From the NCBI RefSeq assembly GCF_964355755.1, contig NC_092675.1, positions 8,303,812 to 8,367,811 on the forward strand: a DNA stretch of 64,000 bases, read 5' to 3'. The notes below the pieces were generated by a model that was not told the DNA's origin, ran no database searches, and was given only the letters and a program-made list of their open reading frames with translations. This DNA is from Antedon mediterranea (taxonomy: Eukaryota > Animalia > Echinodermata). Below are positions 12,901 through 24,900 of the stretch, one piece after another; the first letter of the stretch is position 1; every line of letters starts with the position of its first letter. Position numbers and translations under genes: made by a program.

Positions 12901-15900
12901 AACTGGTCCAGAAAATAATATGAGAATGTCAACCTCCAATTGGCACAAAATGAATTAATTGACAGGATTAACGTGATCAGATAGGAGAAATGTCTTGCAT
13001 TTTGGGTCAAAGGTCAGTAACGTTATTTCCGGTCATTTTTACAGATAATGTTCTATTAGTTTGAATATAAACATCTATATTCTGGAGAGTTTGACACCAA
13101 TTACAACTTTCTGTGTCAAGTAGTTACGGAGATATGATATCTGTTAGATATTGGGTCAAAGGTCAATAGAGGTATTTCCAGCCATTTTCTGACAAAATGT
13201 TCTATTACATCAAATAGGAACATGTACATTCCAAACAATTTGACACCAAAATCAACTCTCTATGACCAGTGGTTGCCAAGATATCATAGTCTACTGTAAC
13301 TGGCAGCCATTTTGAAAAAAAGCGCCCTCACGCAAAAGTTCTCAGGTTACAGCCCGTTTACCCAATATATTTGGATTCCCCAGAAAAAACTGGTCTAGAA
13401 AAGTTATATGAGAATTTCTACCTCTCCGGGTGGCACCTACCTCATTCATAGCCTAGTCTAGTGGTAGTGATGATTAACCATAATATTAATAATTTTCGTT
13501 TTCATATGGAAATTAAATTAATTAACTTAATTTTTTAATTTTCGAAATTAATTTTTTTTCTTAAAATAAATTTTTTACTGGGTGGATGATGACCTATCAT
13601 AATTAACCATAATCTATATATAAATTTACGTAAGGGCAAAATTCGGTAAATCGCGCCTTACTTTTAGAATTTTTACTCGATGGTATATAGGGTTGGTTCG
13701 TACTTTCGGTACTGATTTTAACCACCTGATGTAACCCTGTTTACTAATTAAATCAAGTTAGATAATTAGTTATTGACGATTAAAACGAATTTAGGTTCAA
13801 CGATTTGCCCCAAATGGGGGTGTTTTCCGATCGTGGTATACACTGTCTAATGGATGTCCATCTTGAAAAACACCCGCCACAAAAATGCGAGGAGGCTTCG
13901 CATTTTCCTTTCTCCTCCTACGATAATTGTTTTTAATAGCTGAAAACCGGTTGAACAGCTCGAGTACAGCATCATAATGTTGAAGACAGGCCGCTTTTCT
14001 TTAAAAAATACTATTTTGATAGATTTAATATACGTTTATACAAATGTATTGATTTGCGATGAATGGAACATTCCAATCTCTGTTCCACAAGTGTCTATTC
14101 CCTCAGGCGTCGTAAAGGCAAGTACTGTATACTCATAACAGAAATTCAATCCATTTTTTTTTCAATCTGTGCTGCAGAGGTATATTATGTACAAATCTTT
14201 ATTATTGAATTTAAACCACCCACATCATCACCCTTCCCTTACTGGCATGAGTAGCGTTGTAAAGCCAGTAGAGGATAGGCCTACGGTGCATCAAATCCCC
14301 TTAACGCAGAACAACTTTGGTGGGTAGGGTAGGAACCAACTATGAATTGGCTCTAAGAAACAATTGAAAACCATTAGGCCTACTAATAAAGTTGAGTTAG
14401 ATAATTTAATTTTTATTGACGATTAAATCGATTTTATGATTTTCCCCGAATAGAGGTGGTTTTCACAAATTGTTTTATATTACATAAACATACACGTCGT
14501 AGTGATGTATCGTTACATGTACTGTACTATTTCAATCGACTAGGACGGTGATAGTTTCAACAAAGTATTACATAGCAATGTTTTACTGTGTTTAGTGATA
14601 TATTATTTGTAAAACATGAAAACAATTAATATTTCGTTACTAAATAGATAAAGAATATATTTAATATATTTAAAAATTGTTCCTCTTTGCACCCATCCTC
14701 TTCCCCATCCCTCACCCCTAATGTTACATACAAAACACAAATTAAGTTTGTTTAAATTTGACTTAAACAATTGGTCTCATTTTGTGACAAGTTTCTCTTT
14801 CGGAAGTAATTCTCAGGGTGCTAATTTTAGTTGAGTACATAAATCAGTGTCTATTTATTCGTTCCTGTAAACGACATGTATTATTTTACGTACATTTGAA
14901 ATCGCCAGTTTTTTAACGCTGAAATTATTATGTATTCGAGAACCATCTGTGGGCACGACCTAGATGGTACGCGAGCGAAGCGAGCGTACCATCTAGTATT
15001 AATAATTTTCGTTTTCATATGGAAATTAATAAATTTAATTAATTTTTTAATTTTTGAAAATTAATTTTTGTCTTAATATAAACTAGACATGAAACTCGTC
15101 ACTTTGACGAGTTAGTTATCCGCACCACGACAAACGCCACGTGCACGTCATACGTTGGAATATTGCACACAGATAAAGATTATGGCATTATGACAAGAAC
15201 TGAAGAATATGATATGCTGTTAGTGCTGAATTCTGTCAATTTTGTGTCATATAGTATATACATGCAAACACTACAGTATAATCTGTATACATATTACATA
15301 CAGTGTAGAATAGGTGAAATTACGGGAACCGCCATTTATTCCAATTTTTAACATGGCGACGGTATCAAAATGAAACACTTAGATAGCAATTTCAGAAGGA
15401 AATTATCTTAGGAACAACATATTAACGTGTAGAAGAAATTTAAATACGCAAAATATGAAAATACAACTTTTTTTATTCAACTGGCCATATGATGACGTCA
15501 CAACATCCGATTGGCAAAATGTTTACATGAATTCGTATCTACAATCCAATAGCTTCCAGAAAACGTTTTAATCGTGATTATCACATTTTATTCTTACGAG
15601 CTATTACAGAATAAAATTTACTGTAAAGATGAAATTAATGACCCACGTAATTGAAATTTTTAGGCATGATGACGTCATAAAAATTAAAATATTTTTATCT
15701 CATGCTAAAGAAAGTTGATTGACCTACACAATATATAAACATAGGAGAAAAAGGAATATAGATAAGCGTGATGCGCTCCATTGAATGTGATGAGCAATAA
15801 CGAAAGAGACAAAAATCCTATATTTTACATTCGTGTGGCCATACGGTGACGTCACAATGTTTTTTTAGCCTTATCGATGCATGATCCGTTATCTACAACT

Positions 15901-18900
15901 CATCAACTTCTAGATTTTGTAATAAAAATAAACGGTTCACGGTTTACTTTAGAAACTATGACTGTTTAAAAAAAGACAACATTTTGACGATTTTTTAAGC
16001 TTTTTCATAAAAAACGCGCATGAAATGTTTAATTCAACGTGTTCGTATGGCGTTATTTAAGTTGGAAAAGGTCTAAATTGTTTTCAAAATTACTAGGAAA
16101 GGCTTGAAAAATATAATTCAAAAGAAAAAAATATGTTTTTAACGCTACGTGCGCACCGCGTGCGTAAAAAATTGCGCGCCCGTGGAAATTTTTGACATGC
16201 TCAAAATGACAAGAAACGCATAAAAAGTTGATTAGAAATTAATTTTGCGCATTTTGAAATTTTAAATGCGCGTGCGCGCGTAACTTCTTGTGAAACATGC
16301 CATTTTTAATCCGTAGAAAGTTTGCCCCTGATATGACTTAAATTTTGTCAAAGTGTCAATACTAAATGACTTTTGGTTTTTAATCTATGATCAATCATTG
16401 AAATTCATAAAATTGCGCGTAAGTCACGTTGCGCAACTACGACGTCATTCAAAAATAGGAGGTGCACAACTTCACGTAAATGCCCATATGTTGTCAAAGT
16501 TATGAAATGTTATGTTTACACATTTTAGAGAAACGCGATCCACAAAAAGGAAGGATGGAAAGAAGAACTAGACATGAAACTCGTCACATTGACGAGTTAG
16601 TTATCCGCACCACGACAAACGCCACGTGCACGTCATACGTTGGAATATTGCACACAGATAAAGATTATGGCATTATGACAAGAACTGAAGAATATGATAT
16701 GCTGTTAGTGCTGAATTCTGTCAATTTTGTGTCATATAGTATATACATGCAAACAGTATAATCTGTATACATATTACATACAGTGTAGAATAGGTGAAAT
16801 TACGGGACCCGCCATTTATTCCAATTTTTAACATGGCGACGGTATCAAAATGAAACACTTGGATAGCAATTTCAGAAGGAAATTATCTCAGGAACAACAT
16901 ATTAACGTGTAGAAGAAATTTGAATACGTAAAATATAGATGCGCACCCTTTTAAATGTGATGAACTATTACGCAAAATATGAAAATACGTCTTTTTTTAT
17001 TCAACTGGCCATATGATGATGTCACAACATCCGATTGGCAAAATGTTTACATGAATTCGTATCTACAATCCAATAGCTTCCAGAAAACGTTTTAATCGTG
17101 ATTATCACATTTTATTCTGATGAGCTATAACAGATTAAAATTTACTGTAAAGATAAATATAAGTGACCCACGTTATTTACATTTTTAGACATGATGACGT
17201 CATAAAAATTAAAAAAATTTTTACTCATGGGTAAGATAGTTGATTGACCTAGAAAATTTCAAAATCTGGGTTAAAATGGAATACGGATAAGTGGAGAGGC
17301 GCTCTATTAAATGAGATGCGCTATGACGAAAGATACAAAAATCCTATATTTTATATTCGCGTGGCCATACGATGACGTCACAATGTCCCGTTTGCCATAT
17401 CAATGCATGATTCCTTATCTACAACTTATCATCTTCCTGGATATGTAATTTAAACAAAGTTCACCTCGTAGTTTAGAATCTATGATTGTTTAAAAAAAGG
17501 TATAATTTTGACAAATTTTTGAACTTTTTCCTCAAAAACGCACATAAATTATTCAATTCGACGTGCCCGTATGACGTAATTTGAAGTCGAAATTGTTTCA
17601 AATTTGGTAAAATTACTATAAAAGGCTTGAAAACATAAATCACGAGAGAAAAATTGTTTTCAACGCTACGTTCGCACCGCGCGCGTAAAAAAAAGCGCGC
17701 GCGTGGGAATTTTTTACATGCTTAAAATGACATGAAACGCGTAGAAAGTTGATTATAAATTGATTTTTCGCAATTTGAAATTTTAAACGCGCGTGCGCGC
17801 CTAACTTCGTGTGGAACATGCCATTTTTTCTCCATAGTCAGTTAGCGCAAGATATAACTTAAACTTTTTTTCAGTTTCAATTTAAATTGTTATATGGTTT
17901 TCGATCTATGTTAAATACGCGAAATTCGGAAAAACGCGCGTAAGTCATGTTGCGCAACTCTGACGTCATTCAAAAATAGGAGGTGCACAATTTCACGTAA
18001 ATGCCCACATGTTGACAAAGTTATGAAATGTTATGTTTACACGTTTTTGAGTTATGCGAGACACAAAAATGACAGAAAGAAAGAAGAATACAGAAAAAAA
18101 AAAAAAAAAAGATGATGAAACAGGACAGTTACAAGGAGTTATCCGCTCAATGCGGATAACTAACTAGACATGAAACTCGTCACATTGACGAGTTAGTTAT
18201 CCGCACCACGACACACGCCACGTGCACGTCATACGTTGGAATATTGCACACAGATAAAGATTATGGCATTATGACAAGAACTGAAGAATATGATATGCTG
18301 TTAGTGCTGAATTCTGTCAATTTTGTGTCATATAGTATATACATGCAAACAGTATAATCTGTATACATATTACATACAGTGTAGAATAGGTGAAATTACG
18401 GGACCCGCCATTTATTCCAATTTTTAACATGGCGACGGTATCAAAATGAAACACTTGGATAGCAATTTCAGAAGGAAATTATCTCAGGAACAACATATTA
18501 ACGTGTAGAAGAAATTTGAATACGTAAAATATAGATGCGTACCCTTTTAAATGTGATGAACTATTACGCAAAATATGAAAATACGTCTTTTTTTATTCAA
18601 CTGGCCATATGATGACGTCACAACATCCGATTGGCAAAATGTTTACATGAATTCGTATCTACAATCCAATAGCTTCCAGAAAACGTTTTAATCGTGATTA
18701 TCACATTTTATTCTGATGAGCTATAACAGATTAAAATTTACTGTAAAGATAAATATAAGTGACCCACGTTATTTACATTTTTAGACATGATGACGTCATA
18801 AAAATTTAAAAAAAATTTACTCATGCGTAAAATAGTTGATTGACCTAGAAAATGTCAAAATCTGGGTTAAAATGGAATACGTATAAGTGGAGAGGCGCTC

Positions 18901-21900
18901 TATTAAATGAGATGCGCTATGACGAAAGATACAAAAATCCTATATTTTACATTCGTGTGGCCATACGATGACGTCATAACTTCCGAGAGGTAAAAATTCT
19001 GCATGAATTTATATCTACAATTTATCTTCTTGCATAATAAGTTAAAACAAATTGGGGTCACCTTTGATCCTGACGAGCTATAATAGATTCAAAATAGGCA
19101 TAATTTTGACAATATTTTGTCACTTTTGCAACTAAAACGCATGCAAATGGTCTAAATCAACGTGTACGTATGACGTCATTTTAACTTGAAATGATGTCAA
19201 TCTTGTTTAAAATGACTACGAAAGGCTGGACACTCAAAATTCCAGAAAAAAAACATGGTTTTCATACTCCGTGCGCCCCTTACGCGTAAATTTTTTCGCG
19301 CGCGTGGGAATTTTTGACATGCTTAAAATGTCATGATCAGCGTAGAAAGTTGATTAGAAATTAATTTTGCGCATTTTAAAATTTTAAATGCGCGTGCGCG
19401 CGTAACTTCTTGTAAAACATGCCATTTTTAATCCATAGAAAATTTGCACTTGATATGACTTAAATTTTCACAAAGTGTCAAAACAAAATTACGTTTGGTT
19501 TTTAATCTATGGTCAATCATAAAAAATCATAAAATCGCGCGTAAGTCACGTTGCGCAACTCTGACGTCATTCAAAAATAGGAGGTGCACAACTTCACGTA
19601 TATGCCCATATGTTGACAAAGTTATGAAATGTTATGTTTACAAGTTTTTGAGATACGTGAGACACAAAAATGGGGGAGAAAGAAATAAGAAAAAAAAAAA
19701 GTAACAGGACGATTACAAGGAGTTATCCGCTACTAAGCGGATAACTAATAATACAGAAAAAAACTGTTGATCTCATACAATAACAAGGAGTTATCCGCTT
19801 GGTATACCAAGCGGATAACTAATTAGTTACTGGGTGGAAGAAATTTAGGCTTGTTTCAATACATACATTTTGGCCCATTGTCTATCTACTAATAGAAACT
19901 ATAGGCATGACTTTTATTGCTGACTTTCTGTCTATTTCTGATATTTTAAGGTGTGTATTGCTGAGTACACTAATGTTTAATCTTTTTTTTAACAGAGCCC
20001 CTTGATGGCCCAGAAGACATAGAAGGAATGATCACCATTAATGCAACTAATGAATTTCCTGGATCAATCACCATCAATTTTGGCTCAGTTTCCTGCCTAA
20101 AACGGAGAGGAGAAATTACAAACTATATTGTTCAAGTTGTTGATGAAGATGGAAATATAATTGGCCCAGAGAAAACATCCGCTCAACATGCAACAATTAC
20201 AGGAATTCACCCCTGTGAAACTGTGACGCCACACGTAGCTGCATGCACATTAGTTGGCTGTGGAGAATTTGCTACTGGGCCTGATATTACTATGAATACT
20301 GCAGGTAAGTATGCCACCTGTGCATTAAAAACAACCATATTACCTGTACATTTACATTTATCTTAAATTATAAAACTTTTTGTCTGTTAAAGTGAAAACT
20401 GTTTATTTCCTTCCTACATTGGAGGCTTTTAATTTACTGTACAATGTTGACATATATGTATGTGTATAAACGAAGCCACAGTGCTGACAAAACCAGTATA
20501 GGCTTTTGCTTAGTCAGGACAGGCTTCATGGGCAAATGTTTTACTTACAATGTCACTTTTCTTTTTTGTATTAATGTATCATTGAACGTACGTCTTTTTT
20601 TATTTTTTTATTTTTTACTGTAGCTCCTGGCAACGTCTCTGTTAAAGTTCAACATCATCAAAAAGTTAAAAAAATGAATGTGACTTGGTCAGTGCCTGAG
20701 GTAGTCTACTGCCCAATAGTTCTGTACCAGATAATGTATAGGAGAATATTACTTGATGGATGTCAAAAAGAATCACATGCATATACCATTAAAAGTGTTA
20801 ATGGTTCTACGACCAAGTATATACTAAAAGATCTACCTCCATTTTCTACTTACGAAGTGGTTGTATCAGCTGGAGTAAATAAAAGTGATAATGACGGTAT
20901 TATTTATGGATTTGGTAGAGCTGGTTTTAACACTACAAAACAACAAGGTAAGCGTAGGAGACATAATGATAACTGGGCTGGAACGTCCCATTGAAAGTTC
21001 GCTGTTGGAGTACCCGGGTCTAGAATATTATTTTATTGTTTGCATCCTAGAGTAAATTGAATATTAAATAATGATAATTCAATATTTTAACATTAAATTA
21101 TTTGATCATCAAGAATAAATAGATTTGAACTCGTCACAATGACGAGTTAGGCTATCACGCAACACATCGTAAAATACAGATGCTATTTATTAGGCTTAGC
21201 CTACAGTAAACTGCACCACAACAATTGTACAAACAGCATAGCAATGATCAAATTCAACAAGCGTCAACAGTTGACTGTATTGGCATTGTAAACGGTTTAG
21301 TTGACGATTAGTTTTTATTTTACACCACCCACGTTTATTTAATTATTTGAATATGGTGACATTTTCAAATTAAAAATAAAGTTCATGTGTCTGAAGGAGA
21401 ATGTTTTTAGTAATTGAAAATTGATATGCGCTCTATTGAATGTGACAAACTGTGCCGAAAGAGATAAAAATTCACACAATTTGAATATACAGTATAATGT
21501 ATACAAAAAAAATATTAAGCAATTTATCGTTAAAGATGTATTGTCCCCCTGAAAAATAATTGTTAACATTTTTTTTTTAATATGCCATTTTAATGTCGCC
21601 TAATAGTTATCCACTTTGACCAAAAATTGGATCTTAAAAAAAATTATTTACCTGAAAAAACTGTAATTTAAAGCAAAAAATTGTCAAATTGGCTGCCAGC
21701 CAAAAGATTTTTGATTGAATTTAACCATTTATTATGTTATTTTATAATTGAAAATATTATTTTGTTAGGTGATCATTTAGAATAAAATGATCACCTATTG
21801 TTATTGTATGAAATCTTTATTATTATTATTTTTTTTTAGTTATCCGCTTAGTAGCGGATAACTCCTTGTAATCGTCCTGTTTCATCATATTTTTTTTTCT

Positions 21901-24900
21901 TTTCTGTATTATTAGTTATCCGCTTAGTAGCGGATAACTCCTTGTAATCGTCCTGTTTCATCAAATTTTTTTTTTTTTTCTGTATTATACTTCTTTCTTT
22001 CTGTCATTTTTGTGCGTCGCGTTTCTCTAAAACGTGTAAACAGAACATATCGTAACTTTGTCAACACATCGACATTTACGTGAACTTGTGCACCTCCTAT
22101 TTTTGAATGACGTCAGAGTTGCGCAACGTGACGTACGCGCGATTTTATGAATTTCAATGATTGATCATAGACTAAAAACCAAACATAATTTTGTTTTGAC
22201 ACTTTGTGAAAATTTAAGTCATATCAAGCGCAAACTTTCTATGGATTAAAAATAGCATGTTTCACAAAAAGTTACGCGCGTACGTGCGTTTAAAATTTTA
22301 GGATGCGAAAAATCAACTTCTAATCAACTTTCTATGCGTTTCATGTCATTTTGAGCATGTCAAAAATTCCCACGCGCGCGAAAATTTTTACGCACGCGGT
22401 GCACACGTAGCGTTAAAAACATATTTTTTTCGCGTGATTTATGTTTTTTCAGCCTTTTCTAGTAATGTTACCAACTTTTAAACAATTTCGACTTAAAATT
22501 ACGTCATACGAGCACGTCGAATTACATAATTTGCACGCGTTTTTGGTGAAAAAGTTCAAAAATTTGTCAAAATTATGCCTATTTTTAAACAGTCATAGAT
22601 TCTAAACTACATGGAGAACTTTTTTTTAATTACATATTCTGGAAGTTGATGAGTTGTAGATATCGGATCATGCATTAATATGGGTAACCGGACATTGTGA
22701 CGTCATCGTATGGCCACGCGAATATAAAATATAGGATTTTTGTCTCTTTCGTCATAGCTCATCACATTTAATAGAGCGCATCTCCACTTATTCGTTGTCT
22801 ATTTTCACCCCGATTTTAATATATTCTAGGTCAATCAACTATCTTTTGCATGAATTAAAATTTTTTTAATTTTTTTAACGTCATCATGCCTAAAAATTTA
22901 AATTACGTTGGTCATTAATTTCATCTTTAAAGTAAATTTTAATCTGTTATACCTCGTAAGAATAAAATGTGATAATCACGATTAAAACGTTTTCAGGAAG
23001 CTATTGTATTGTAGATACAAAATCATGTGTAAATTGTGCCAATTGAATGTCGTGACGTCATCATATGGCCAGTTAAATAAAAAAAGTCGTATTTTCATCT
23101 TTTGCATTATATTTCATTACATTTAAAAGAGCGCGCATCAATATTTCACGTATTCAAATTTCTTCTACACGTTAATATGTTGTTGCTGAGATAATTTCAT
23201 TCTGAAATTTCTACTTTTGCATTTCATTTTGAAACCGTCAAGATGTTAAAAATTACAATAAAATACGGGTCCCGTAATTTCACCTATTTTACACTGTTTG
23301 TGATATGTATACAGATTGTACTGTGTATACTATATGACACAAAATAACAGAATTCAGAAATAACAACATATCATATTCTTCAGTTCAGGTCATAATGCCT
23401 TAATATTTTTCTGTGCGCAATATTGTAACGTATGACGTGCACGTGGCGTTTGTCGAGCGGATAACTAACTCGTCAAAGTGACGAGTTTCATGTCTAGTTC
23501 TTCTTTCCTTCTGTCATTTTTGTGCGTCGCGTTTCTCTAAAACGTGTAAACAGAACATATCGTAACTTTGTCAACATATCGACATTTACGTGAACTTGTG
23601 CACCTCCTATTTTTGAATGACGTCAGAATTGCGCAACGTGACTTACGCGCGATTTATGAATTTCAATGATTGATCATAGACTAAAAACCAAACATAATTT
23701 TGTTTTGACATTTTGTGAAAATTTAAGTCATATCAAGCGCAAACTTTCTATGGATTAAAAATAGCATGTTTCACAAAAAGTTACGCGCGCACGCGAGTTT
23801 AAAATTTTAACGTGCGAAAAATCAACTTCTAATCAACTTTCTATGCGTTTCATGTCATTTTGAGCATGTCAAAAATTCCCACGCGCGCAAAAATTTTTAC
23901 GCACGCGGTGCACACGTAGCGTTAAAAACATATTTTTTTCGCGTGATTTATGTTTTTTCAGCCTTTTCTAGTAATGTTACCAAATTTTAAACAATTTCGA
24001 CTTAAAATTACGTCATACGAGCACGTCGAATTAGATAATTTGCACGCGTTTTTGGTGAAAAAGTTCAAAAATTCGTCAAAATTATGCCTATTTTTAAACA
24101 GTCATAGATTCTAAACTACATGGAGAACTTTTTTTTAATTACATATTCTGGAAGTTGATGAGTTGTAGATATCGGATCATGCATTAATATGGCTAACCGG
24201 ACATTGTGACGTCATCGTATGGCCACGCGAATATAAAATATAGGATTTTTGTCTCTTTCGTCATAGCTCATCACATTTAATAGAGCGCATCTCCACTTAT
24301 TCGTTGTCCATTTTCACCCCGATTTTAATATATTCTAGGTTAATAAACATTCTTTTGCATGAATTAAAAATTTTTTAATTTTTTTAACGTCATCATGCCT
24401 AAAAATTTAAATTACGTTGGTCATTAATTTCATCTTTACAGTAAATTTTAATCTGTTAAACCTCGTAAGAATAAAATGCGATAATCACGATTAAAACGTT
24501 TTCAGGAAGCTATTGTATTGTAGATACAAAATCATGTGTAAATTGTGCCAATCGAATGTTGTGATGTCATCATATGGCCAGTTAAATAAAAAAAGTCGTA
24601 TTTTCATCTTTTGCATTATATTTCATTACATTTAAAAGAGCGCGCATCAATATTTCACGTACTCAAATTTCTTCTACACGTTAATATGTTGTTGCTGAGA
24701 TAATTTCATTCAGAAATTTCTACTTTTGCATTTCATTTTGAAACCGTCAAGATGTTAAAAATTACAATAAAATACGGGTCCCGTAATTTCACCTATTTTA
24801 CACTGTTTGTGATATGTATACAGATTGTACTTTGTATACTATATGACAAAAAATAACAGAATTCAGAAATAACAACATATCATATTCTTCAGTTCAGGTC

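Larger units (their letters stand above)
9615..13460. mobile_element. Palindromic AcademX-derived transposon (two 3' ends head-to-head) carrying XPG/H3TH-like nuclease pseudogene fragments
   Basis: TAGACTAGGC...GCCTAGTCTA termini, GTG TSD; arms 9615-11282 and 11792-13460 are near-identical inverted copies; ORFs contain QEEADT, SGD-D/G and [16 protein letters not shown]. Confidence 0.85.

Noticed and set aside
4418-13460. Both Academ-type elements measure exactly 3846 bp
   Set aside because: The first includes a later ~660-bp Harbinger MITE and the second has internal deletions, so the equal length is most likely coincidence.
15163-16761. Repeated short [25 protein letters not shown]
   Set aside because: Chance ORF within the duplicated non-autonomous Helentron copies; no Rep or helicase motifs.
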